A stretch of 64,000 nt of DNA from a bacterium UBP6_UBA1177 (GTDB taxonomy: Bacteria; UBP6; UBA1177). The DNA lies in NCBI GenBank assembly GCA_002310995.1, contig DBYV01000035.1, forward strand, positions 7,858 through 71,857, in the 5' to 3' direction. The notes beneath the pieces are model-generated. The model searched no databases. It saw only the letters and a program-made list of their open reading frames with translations, and was not told the origin of the DNA. Each line of letters opens with the position of its first letter. The first letter of the stretch is position 1. The position numbers were made by a program, and so were the translations under genes. This document shows positions 37,968-46,674 of this stretch, piece by piece.

Positions 37968-39326
37968 ATGAAAAAGATTGTTCTTTCGGTTTTATCATTG
38001 ATTTTACTGGCATTTTTAGTTTCATGCGAAGATTCCGCCCTGCCCGATCTGCCTGATATGGATGAGTCGATGGATGTCGATGCTTTTGAAATCGGTGACG
38101 AGGATGCAACTCCAGATTACGAATCAAAACCTGATGAGGAAAACGGCGTAAACGATGCAGATAACCAGGAAACTCCTGATTCTGAGAGTCCAGATTCCGA
38201 AAAACCTGACACTGAAACTCCGGATGAAACTCCAGATGAAGAAATTTCTGAACCTGAGATAGCGGCTTCACACCTCATTGTCGCGACTGTAGGCGGCTAC
38301 GATGTCCCGATGAGCGGTCACGTTTACTATGCTAAAGACGAAAACCTCGACACTTTTAAGGAAATTCCGCTTGAAGGCGGAATGGGAAGCTCCGACGGCG
38401 CAGATCTCAACGTCGCGGCTTTTACAGAAGGTTTCGCAGTTGTCGGAAGGCACGATTCTTCTTCACTTTACTTTTTTACGCCCGACTTTGAATTTGAGCA
38501 GGAAATTCAAGTAAAACCGGATACTTACATAAACATGCAGGACATGGTCTATAACCCGTTCAAAGACGAATTCATCGTTTCAGCTCTCAATTTTGACGAT
38601 TTTGACTCGAAAACGACATTTTCCAACAAACTATTCATATTCAAAAAAGATTCGCCGGAAACAGCATCAACCTTGGAAATAAGCGATAACGAGTCGGCAA
38701 GCCCTGCAAAAATGAAGATTGTCGGCAAAAAACTTTTCGTTGCACTGCAGAACCTCGAAAACAACACTTCGGCAAAAGGCGAAATAGCAGTCGTTGATCT
38801 CGAAAATTATTCGGTCGAAAGGATAACTCTTCCCACAACGAACCCGACAGGAAAGATCGAATACAACAAAAATGTCGATAAAAACCACATCTATCTTACG
38901 ACGACCGGTAACTGGAAACAGGGTGACGGCGCACTTCTGCAAGTAAATACGGATACTTACGAAGTTAAGAAAGTCTTAAGCGAATCTGAGGAAGAAAACA
39001 ACATTTTAGACGGCGATTTCGTTGACCTCTCGATTGCCGATAACGGTGATTTTTTCATAATTTTTTCCAACAACATCCTTTACAACGACAACAGCCTTCT
39101 GCTCTACAAACCGAAAGAAGGCAAAATTTCAAAAATAGATTCCAAAATCAACGCATTTGCGGCAAATCCGATCGACTACAGCTCTGTCAGCGGCAAAATT
39201 TACTATTTCGTTGATGAAAAATCGGATACTTACCTTAAATCTTTCGATACGAAGACTAAGGCTGACGAAAAGATCCTTCTTGATTTCGGTCCGGCTGCGT
39301 TAAGAGTGAAATACGACTACAAGTGA
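37968..39326 (+). CDS. lipoprotein with acidic Pro/Asp/Glu linker and beta-propeller-like body, unknown function
   Basis: Signal peptide plus lipobox LVSC, a PDSESPDSEKPDTETPDETPDEE linker, then beta-strand-rich sequence. Confidence 0.45.
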   Translation: MKKIVLSVLSLILLAFLVSCEDSALPDLPDMDESMDVDAFEIGDEDATPDYESKPDEENGVNDADNQETPDSESPDSEKPDTETPDETPDEEISEPEIAASHLIVATVGGYDVPMSGHVYYAKDENLDTFKEIPLEGGMGSSDGADLNVAAFTEGFAVVGRHDSSSLYFFTPDFEFEQEIQVKPDTYINMQDMVYNPFKDEFIVSALNFDDFDSKTTFSNKLFIFKKDSPETASTLEISDNESASPAKMKIVGKKLFVALQNLENNTSAKGEIAVVDLENYSVERITLPTTNPTGKIEYNKNVDKNHIYLTTTGNWKQGDGALLQVNTDTYEVKKVLSESEEENNILDGDFVDLSIADNGDFFIIFSNNILYNDNSLLLYKPKEGKISKIDSKINAFAANPIDYSSVSGKIYYFVDEKSDTYLKSFDTKTKADEKILLDFGPAALRVKYDYK

Positions 39327-39333
39327 GGGATAA

Positions 39334-40908
39334 ATGAAAATTGTAAACGGAAACAATCTGACAATCGAAGATGTGTGCGATGTCGCATATAAAAATGAGC
39401 AGGTCGCACTCCCTGAAGATAAAAAATTCTGGGAAACTTTAGAAAAATCACGGAAATTTCTGGAAGATTACGTAAAAACCGGAGTGCCGGTCTACGGCGT
39501 CACGACCGATTTCGGCGACAGCTGCGATAACCAGATAAGCATTGACAAGGCGGGCGAGCTCCAGCGGACGATCTGCACATATCACGGGATCGGTTTAGGC
39601 CCGAAATTCGACCGCGTCACCGGAAGAGCAGTAGTTCTTGCGCGCCTCAACAGCAACGTAAAAGGCGGTCACTCGGCAATTCGCCCTGAACTTGCCAAAA
39701 TGATGCTCACGCTTCTCAACAAGGACATAATTCCGGTGATCCCGCAGCTCGGTTCGGTCGGTGCTTCGGGAGACTTGACACCTCTCAGCTACCTTGCGGC
39801 AGTCATCATGGGCGAACGCGATGTTTACTACAAAGGAAAAATCGTTCCTGCGGCCGAGGCTATGAAAGCTGAAGGGATAAAACCGCTTCCGATCGAAGCG
39901 AAAGAAGGTCTGGCACTTATGAACGGAACAAGCGTGATGACTGCGGTCGCCTCTCTTGCTTGGAAAAAAGCTGAAAGATTAGCCAGAATTTCAGACTTTT
40001 TAACCGCTGTGACATCTGAAATCACGCAGGGAAAGGACACTCCTTTCGCCGAAAAGGTGAGTGAAATCAAAAATCACCGCGGACAGTGCGATTCCGCAGC
40101 ATATATACGCGAAATCATTAAAGATTCCAAGCGCGTTTTCAGATACGAGGATTTCCTTAAGAATAAAATCGATTCGATCGAAAACAAAGGTTTCATCAAG
40201 CAGCAGAATAAAATCCAGGACAGATACTCCATCCGCTGCGCGCCGCAGATAACTGGCGTTTACCGCGACACTCTGCGCTTTGCAAGAGAGCTGATAACAG
40301 AAGAACTCAATTCCGCAAACGACAATCCCCTTGTCGATATCAGAAGCGGCAGACTTTTCAACACCGGAAACTTCTACGGCGGCCACATCTGCGCTGCATG
40401 CGACTACCTGCGGACGGCTTTGGCAAATATCGCCGATCTTTCCGACAAACAGGCAGAAGTCATAATCGACGGCAAATTCAACGGACTCACCGAAAATCTG
40501 ATCCCCTTTACTCCCGAAAACCATCCGAGAGCGGGACTAAGACTCGGTTTCAAAGCAGTCCAGATAACGATAAGCGCAATCCGCGGCGAAGTTATGACAT
40601 ACTCCTTCCCAGTCAGCATCACAAGTGCGCCGACAGAGGCTCTCAATCAGGACAAAGTTTCGATGGGAACGATCTCCGCTCGCAAACTTGCCGAGCAGAC
40701 CGACCTTGTGTTTTTGCAGTTCGCAGCTCACATTCTCGCCGCAATGCAGGCGGTAGACCTCGCCGGGAAGGAAAATTTTTCATCGTTCACGCGCAGAGTT
40801 CACAACGAAGTCCGCAAGATCAGCCCGTTCGTTGAAGATGACCGCGCTTTGGACAAAGAAGCCGAAGCAGTCGCGGAATGGCTGAAAGAGACTGAGATTT
40901 TCGGATAA
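39334..40908 (+). CDS. aromatic amino acid / histidine ammonia-lyase family enzyme (MIO cofactor)
   Basis: GSVGASGDLTPLS contains the Ala-Ser-Gly MIO-forming triad. NGT, QDRYSIRC and NDNP are conserved blocks of the HAL/PAL/TAL family. Confidence 0.85.
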   Translation: MKIVNGNNLTIEDVCDVAYKNEQVALPEDKKFWETLEKSRKFLEDYVKTGVPVYGVTTDFGDSCDNQISIDKAGELQRTICTYHGIGLGPKFDRVTGRAVVLARLNSNVKGGHSAIRPELAKMMLTLLNKDIIPVIPQLGSVGASGDLTPLSYLAAVIMGERDVYYKGKIVPAAEAMKAEGIKPLPIEAKEGLALMNGTSVMTAVASLAWKKAERLARISDFLTAVTSEITQGKDTPFAEKVSEIKNHRGQCDSAAYIREIIKDSKRVFRYEDFLKNKIDSIENKGFIKQQNKIQDRYSIRCAPQITGVYRDTLRFARELITEELNSANDNPLVDIRSGRLFNTGNFYGGHICAACDYLRTALANIADLSDKQAEVIIDGKFNGLTENLIPFTPENHPRAGLRLGFKAVQITISAIRGEVMTYSFPVSITSAPTEALNQDKVSMGTISARKLAEQTDLVFLQFAAHILAAMQAVDLAGKENFSSFTRRVHNEVRKISPFVEDDRALDKEAEAVAEWLKETEIFG

Positions 40909-41077
40909 AAAACAATGACCATGTCTTGGAAAATCTGCAAACGAAAAAACTAATCTCTGTTCAAAATAAAAGATCTCAAAATAAATTTTCTTGATTTGAT
41001 TTGAAATATTGTGATAATCATATCGTTAAAAATTTGTTTATTGTTATCATAAATGCAGGGTAAAGTTATCATTCATA

Positions 41078-41836
41078 GTGACAATCAACCAAGTTACTAA
41101 AGAGGAAATGTTATTGCTTGATGAATCACGTTCAAGATCACAAATTGTGATCTTGAACGATAAAAAAAGTCGAGGAAGCAATGTTAAATATCTGCCTTAT
41201 GCCTTTACAGAACAAGGGGTAGCGATGCTTGCATCTGTTCTTAAAAGTGATACTGCAGTGCTGACAAGCATCATGATTATAGATGCTTTTGTCGCTTTGA
41301 GGCGGTTTGTGCAGACAAATTCCCAAATTTTTCAAAGACTGGAGTTTATGGAAAAACGGCAGATAACCAGTGAAATTCACTTATTGGAACACGGCAAAAA
41401 AATCGATGAACTTTTCGACAAAATGGACAGCTATAAAATCGAGGACAGGCAGGGAGTCTTCTTCCAAGGTCAGATTTTCGATGCCTACGCAAAATTTGAG
41501 TCTTTTATTACCGAGGCTGAAAAAGAGATTGTTCTGATTGATAACTATGTCGATTTAACGGTTCTGGAACGCTTCGCCAAAAAGAAAAGCGGCGTAAAAG
41601 TCACGATATACACCTATCCCAAAACAAAAATCACACCTCTTGACGTCCAGAAATTCAACGAACAATATCTAGGGCTTGAGCTGAAACACACGGAAAAAAT
41701 CCACGACCGCTTTTTGATTATTGACGGAAAAATCCTTTACCACATCGGGGCATCGCTCAAAGATCTCGCAAAACAGTGCTTCGCTTTCGAAATCATCGAT
41801 TCATCGTGGATTCCAGAAATTATGAGGAATTTGTAA
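41078..41836 (+). CDS. ORF6N-family protein, apparently 5'-truncated
   Basis: GTG start. The sequence begins inside the ORF6N/KilA-N-like domain (..LPYAFTEQGVAMLASVLKSDTAV..IIDAFVALRR) and lacks the usual first ~50 aa. The C-terminal block is IVLIDNYVD...HDRFLIIDGKILYHIGASLKDL. Confidence 0.6.
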   Translation: MTINQVTKEEMLLLDESRSRSQIVILNDKKSRGSNVKYLPYAFTEQGVAMLASVLKSDTAVLTSIMIIDAFVALRRFVQTNSQIFQRLEFMEKRQITSEIHLLEHGKKIDELFDKMDSYKIEDRQGVFFQGQIFDAYAKFESFITEAEKEIVLIDNYVDLTVLERFAKKKSGVKVTIYTYPKTKITPLDVQKFNEQYLGLELKHTEKIHDRFLIIDGKILYHIGASLKDLAKQCFAFEIIDSSWIPEIMRNL

Positions 41837-42170
41837 CCGCCGCACGGCGCACCTTTCTGCCCGCCGTCAGCGACAATAATTTTTTATGTGTGAGAATTTC
41901 GTAAAAAAAGAACGCGAAATTCTTTCCTGAGAAATTTTCGCGAATGAAATCGTTCCTTTCTGCGGAAGAAATTTCAGAATTTCCAGTATGTAGGAAAACA
42001 CTCAACTTTGCGAAAAGAAATATTTTTACCAAGATTTTTCTGAAAAACTTTATTAAATTACAAATACAAATATAATTTTTGGCTTTTTTGAGGTTGTTCA
42101 TGGCTAAAAATCGAAAATATACTTTCAAAGCACGAAACATCTTTAGGCTTTATATTTCAGGGGAATTGAT

Positions 42171-43232
42171 ATGAAGTCGAGAAAAAAACTCAAAGCCTTA
42201 AGACATCAACGAGCGCGAGAAAGAGCTGAAATAAAAAAGCGCAGTCGTTTCCGAAAACGAAAGCGCAACAAAAGACTTTTACAGCGCAAAGCAGATATTA
42301 ATATCAGAAGAGCTATCAAACAAAAACCTAGCATATCCCAAACAGCTCCATCAAATTTTTCTCTAATCGATAATACAGATGAGGTTGTTGCCTATATCAA
42401 TAATTGCAAAAAATTATTACATGAGAAAGAAAAAGTAACAATTGATATTGCTAATATTCAAACCTTGACTTCTGACGCAATAGCTCTTCTGGTCGCGTGC
42501 GCAGATGACCCGCATTTTCGTGGTAAATATGGTGAACTATCAGGAAATGCTCCAAAAGATATAAAACTACTAACTCTATTCATGGAATCAGGTTTCTACA
42601 AATTTGTTAGAGCACACAGGTTTATGAAAACAGCACAAAAAGAAAGAGACAATTTACTTCACAAAGAAAGCAATTTTAAAGTTCAACCAGATATCGCCAG
42701 AGAAGCTTGTCTACATGGCACACAACATCTTTTCAACAATAAAGAACCTATTAATAAAGAACTTATTTCATGCTTGTATGAAATGATAATAGAAGCAATG
42801 TCAAACACCAACAATCATGCTAACAAAGATAAGGAAGGGGGAACAAAATGGTGGTTGTATGCATACAATGATCCTGAAGGAAAAACATGCTATTCTTTTG
42901 TGGATTTAGGTGTTGGAATATTTGAAAGTTTACCTGTTAAGATTTATAAGAAGATAGCTATGAAATTTGGTTTTTCTCACAATGCAGATCTAGTAAATGA
43001 CTTGTTAGAAGGCAAAATCAAGTCAAGCAAAAGAGAAGATAATAATATTAGAGGTAAAGGCATTCCACAAATTGCAAACAACAGCCAAAAAGATATTTTT
43101 AAAAGAGCTTTTATAATTAGTAATGATGTAAAAATTGATCTCAAATCAAGAAGAACAGAGAAATTATCTAATGATTTTCATGGCACATTATTATATTGGG
43201 AATTGACTAAACAAGGAGAGAACAATGGATAA
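42171..43232 (+). CDS. poly-basic N-terminus + STAS-like segment + GHKL (RsbW/SpoIIAB-type) ATPase/kinase domain protein
   Basis: The first ~50 aa are about half K/R. VTIDIANIQTLTSDAIALLVA is a STAS-like strand-helix. GHKL boxes: N-box EAMSNTNNHA, G1 VDLGVGIF, G2 RGKGIP. Confidence 0.5.
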   Translation: MKSRKKLKALRHQRARERAEIKKRSRFRKRKRNKRLLQRKADINIRRAIKQKPSISQTAPSNFSLIDNTDEVVAYINNCKKLLHEKEKVTIDIANIQTLTSDAIALLVACADDPHFRGKYGELSGNAPKDIKLLTLFMESGFYKFVRAHRFMKTAQKERDNLLHKESNFKVQPDIAREACLHGTQHLFNNKEPINKELISCLYEMIIEAMSNTNNHANKDKEGGTKWWLYAYNDPEGKTCYSFVDLGVGIFESLPVKIYKKIAMKFGFSHNADLVNDLLEGKIKSSKREDNNIRGKGIPQIANNSQKDIFKRAFIISNDVKIDLKSRRTEKLSNDFHGTLLYWELTKQGENNG

Positions 43233-43554
43233 GATTTGTATTAACATCAAAAATGATTTTTCAGATTCCCCGGGAGCACGTTACAGAAAAGATGGACCAC
43301 ACTCAGGACAAGAATTTTATGAAGATAAATTAAAACCTAAATTTGATGAAGCTCTTAAGCTGGGATTAAAATTAGAAATTGATTTAGACGGAGTTTGGGG
43401 CTATCCGTCATCTTTTGTATCTGGCTCTTTTGGAAAATTATCGCTAGAATATGGCGCAGACAAAGTATTAAAAAATATTGAGTTCATATCTAAAGACAGT
43501 GAAACTCGCAAATACAGAATTATTGAAGAAATAAAAAATCCAACAATTAAATAA
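43225..43554 (+). CDS. DUF4325 (STAS-like) domain protein
   Basis: 109 aa. LEIDLDGVWGYPSSFVSGSFGKL matches the DUF4325 core pattern (xDFxGVxxxxSSFxxExFG). The start overlaps the upstream stop by 8 nt (ATGGATAA). Confidence 0.55.
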   Translation: MDKICINIKNDFSDSPGARYRKDGPHSGQEFYEDKLKPKFDEALKLGLKLEIDLDGVWGYPSSFVSGSFGKLSLEYGADKVLKNIEFISKDSETRKYRIIEEIKNPTIK

Positions 43555-44166
43555 ATGAGAATTTTTTATATTATAATTGGCATTATTGCCGAAATCCTGT
43601 TCTTCCTAATACTATTTTATAGTACATGGTATTATAGTATTAATATCATCGACTTTTTGATGTTGATTATAACAATAACTATTTCGATAGTTGTTATATA
43701 TCTGACACAAGCTCTTAACAAAAATGATATCATTATAAATATGATAATCGATGACATCAAAGAACTGATTTCACTTTATGAACAAAATTCAAATCTTTTT
43801 CTGGAACTTAAAGAAAATCAATTAAAATTGAAGACAGCTAGAGATAGGGTGAATATGTTGTTTCACAAATCAGACCTTTTAATTGATTGTATAAAAAATG
43901 AGCTTGAAGAATCATTTCCGGGTTTTTTGAAAAAAGAAAACAAAAAAGAAAACAAAAAAGAAGACAAAAAAGAAGAGAAAAACTATATTGCTAAATTAAC
44001 TACTCCATATTATAATTGGGTGACTGGAGGAAAATTGTACGAGGAAAAATTTCGTATCGATTCTGAATTTATAAAAGATCACGAAAATTGTCTTCGCAAG
44101 ACCACTTCATCATTAAAGCTTGTTATTCATGAATTTGTAAGATATACTAAATGGAAAGGATTCTAG
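43555..44166 (+). CDS. two-TM membrane protein with cytoplasmic coiled coil, unknown function
   Basis: The ATG immediately follows the upstream TAA. Two N-terminal hydrophobic helices, helical heptad-like sequence, and the KKENKKENKKEDKKEEK repeat. Confidence 0.45.
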   Translation: MRIFYIIIGIIAEILFFLILFYSTWYYSINIIDFLMLIITITISIVVIYLTQALNKNDIIINMIIDDIKELISLYEQNSNLFLELKENQLKLKTARDRVNMLFHKSDLLIDCIKNELEESFPGFLKKENKKENKKEDKKEEKNYIAKLTTPYYNWVTGGKLYEEKFRIDSEFIKDHENCLRKTTSSLKLVIHEFVRYTKWKGF

Positions 44167-44348
44167 TTTCTCCCAAATACGGAATACAAACGTTAGATAA
44201 TATTAAAAACGGCGAATTATTTTGGGTGCCGAATCGGCAAAAACCCGCAAAAACCTTTTGAATACCTCGACCTTGACAGTGGTTTCGCCGCCGCCGCACA
44301 GCGCACAAAAGCACCTGAATTTAAACTTCAAAAGAGGTCGTAATCAGG

Positions 44349-44376
44349 TTGATTTCCTCACAAAAAACAATATAAT
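44349..44376 (+). promoter_or_regulatory. putative sigma-70 promoter for the methyltransferase operon
   Basis: TTGATT (44349-44354), a 16-nt spacer, then TATAAT (44371-44376), about 40 nt upstream of ATG 44416. Confidence 0.3.
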
Positions 44377-44415
44377 TTCAGGCTTTATTTGGGGATTGCG
44401 GTCTATGGGGTAAAA

Positions 44416-46668
44416 ATGGAAATAAAAATCGAAAATAACAAAATTTTTGCACCTCTGAAAAACAAATGGCTCGTCTATAAACCGGAAGAGGAAGTTAGAC
44501 AAAAGTATATATGCCGCTTGGTTGATAGTTACGGCTACTCTCTTGAACAAATGGCGCAAGAGCTGCAAGTTACAAATTCACAGCGTGGACTGGGGGCAGC
44601 AAGAGCTGATATTGTAATTTGGCGTAACAAAGAAACAAATAAATATCCTTTGATTGTTGTAGAATGCAAAGCTGAATCCGTTACAATTCATAAAGAAGAC
44701 TATTATCAGGGAATGAACTATGCTTCATGGGCTCATGCGAACTTTTTTGTAACAACAAACTTGAAAGAAACTCGTATTTTCAAGATTGTTGAAGGCGAAA
44801 TCCCGAACAAGCTTGAAGAAGTTGTTGATATTCCGGATGCGGCGAAAGCCAACGATCAAAAAGAAATTGATAAATTATTGAAGCAAACAAAGGCTTTTAC
44901 TCGTGATGAGTTTTCGAAACTGCTTTTCAAGTGTCACAATATCATTCGTAACAACGATAAACTTTCGCCTGAAGCTGCTTTTGATGAAATCAGCAAGATA
45001 CTGTTCATCAAGATTAGGTTTGAGCGTGATAATAGCGGAAATCAAATTTTCTCACTGAATACGTTCAAGAAAGACAAGGAAAGCTACGAAAGATACAAAC
45101 CTAAAGGCGGAGAAGATTTTTATCAGTTTTTATTTACTCAGACTAAACAACAGTTTGCCAATGACCATCTGTTTGATGACAATGCCAAAATTGAGATTCG
45201 TGAAAACAGCTTTGAGCAGATTGTTAAGGAATTGGAGATATATAATCTTTCTACAACTTCAGACGATGTAAAAGGAATCGCTTTTGAAAAATTCTTGGGG
45301 AAAACATTCCGTGGTGAGTTGGGGCAGTTCTTTACCCCGCGAACAATTGTTGATTTTATGGTTTCCATCCTTGATCCGCAGGAAGGCGAATATATATGTG
45401 ACCCGTGCTGCGGAAGCGGCGGCTTTTTGATTAAAGCATTTGAATATGTTCGAGAAAAAATAGAAAAAGATGTCGAAGCGCAAAAGGAATTAATAAAGCA
45501 GAAATACTACGGTGAAGATTACGAAAAGCTGTCCGAAGCCAAAAAACAAAAAATTGAAGATACTGTAGCAAAAGCATTCGCCTACATGAATGAAGAGCTG
45601 AATCTCAATAATGAGAAAGGGCGGTTGCGCACGCTGTCATTTGATTGCATTTACGGCACAGATGCCAATCCGCGAATGGCTCGAACTGCAAAAATGAATA
45701 TGATCATGCACGGAGACGGTCACGGCGGCGTTCATCACCACGACGGACTTTTGAATGTAAACGGAATTTTTGAAAACCGTTTCGATATTATTCTCACGAA
45801 TCCGCCCTTCGGTTCAAGAGTTGAGAAAGATTTGAAAATATCAGAAGCTGACAGATTTACCGATCAGGAAAGAATTAATGCCTATATAGAAAGATACGGT
45901 GATGCTTACAGAGAAGCGTTAAAACAGGTAAATGACAACATCGGAAAACCGCTTCTGAGTCTTTATAAAATAGACAACGGATTAACTGAGGTGCTCTTTA
46001 TTGAGCGTTGTCTGAATTTGCTAAAACCAGGCGGAAGAATGGGAATTGTTCTCCCGGAAGGTGTTTTGAACAACTCTAATCTTCAAAAAGTGCGCGAATT
46101 TGTTGAAAGCAAAGCTAAAATTTTGCTGATTGTTTCCATTCCGCAGGATGTTTTCATTGCTTCTGGCGCAACGGTAAAACCAAGTCTTTTGTTCTTCAAA
46201 AAATTCACTCAGAAAGAAGCAGAAGAATATGAGAAAATAAGAAAAGAAGCTGAAAAAACTGTTGAATTAAAATACGCAGATGAATTAACATCTATCGAAG
46301 AACAACTCTCCAAACGAGGGAAAGAAGCTTTACCAAAAGAACAAAAGAAAGAATTGAATGCAAAGAAAAAACAGATTCTGGAAAAGAAGCAAGACGAAAT
46401 TAAGGCAGAAATAAAAGAGCATTTTGACTATGAAATACCGATTGCCGAAGTAAAAAAAGCAGGTATCAGCACAACCGGTGCGGCCATTGAAAACGAACTT
46501 ATTCCATTGGCAGATGAATTTGCGCCATACAGAAAAGAGATGAAATTGTGGGAAAAACCAGAGAAAGAAACACAATATAAATCTGACGATAATGGTTTCG
46601 TTTATCGCATAAGGATAGCCAACCAAATTGTTGCTGAACCAGAAATTTTTTACGGACAGAAAAAATAG
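44416..46668 (+). CDS. hsdM: N6-adenine DNA methyltransferase (HsdM-like, gamma class) fused to N-terminal PD-(D/E)xK HsdR_N-type domain
   Basis: The N-terminus has ARADIVIW...PLIVVECKAES...FFVTTN, an HsdR_N-type nuclease-fold motif. The MTase has the AdoMet motif DPCCGSGGFL and the catalytic LTNPPFG. A Lys/Glu coiled coil lies near the C-terminus. The ORF-track start 44389 is also possible. Confidence 0.85.
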   Translation: MEIKIENNKIFAPLKNKWLVYKPEEEVRQKYICRLVDSYGYSLEQMAQELQVTNSQRGLGAARADIVIWRNKETNKYPLIVVECKAESVTIHKEDYYQGMNYASWAHANFFVTTNLKETRIFKIVEGEIPNKLEEVVDIPDAAKANDQKEIDKLLKQTKAFTRDEFSKLLFKCHNIIRNNDKLSPEAAFDEISKILFIKIRFERDNSGNQIFSLNTFKKDKESYERYKPKGGEDFYQFLFTQTKQQFANDHLFDDNAKIEIRENSFEQIVKELEIYNLSTTSDDVKGIAFEKFLGKTFRGELGQFFTPRTIVDFMVSILDPQEGEYICDPCCGSGGFLIKAFEYVREKIEKDVEAQKELIKQKYYGEDYEKLSEAKKQKIEDTVAKAFAYMNEELNLNNEKGRLRTLSFDCIYGTDANPRMARTAKMNMIMHGDGHGGVHHHDGLLNVNGIFENRFDIILTNPPFGSRVEKDLKISEADRFTDQERINAYIERYGDAYREALKQVNDNIGKPLLSLYKIDNGLTEVLFIERCLNLLKPGGRMGIVLPEGVLNNSNLQKVREFVESKAKILLIVSIPQDVFIASGATVKPSLLFFKKFTQKEAEEYEKIRKEAEKTVELKYADELTSIEEQLSKRGKEALPKEQKKELNAKKKQILEKKQDEIKAEIKEHFDYEIPIAEVKKAGISTTGAAIENELIPLADEFAPYRKEMKLWEKPEKETQYKSDDNGFVYRIRIANQIVAEPEIFYGQKK

Positions 46669-46674
46669 ACAACC

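Noticed and set aside
41820-42140. 106-aa minus-strand ORF in the spacer between ORF6N and the GHKL gene
   Set aside because: It has Phe/Lys/Asn-rich low-complexity translation typical of AT-rich non-coding DNA, no RBS, and overlaps the ORF6N stop. More likely this is the promoter/leader region of the cassette.
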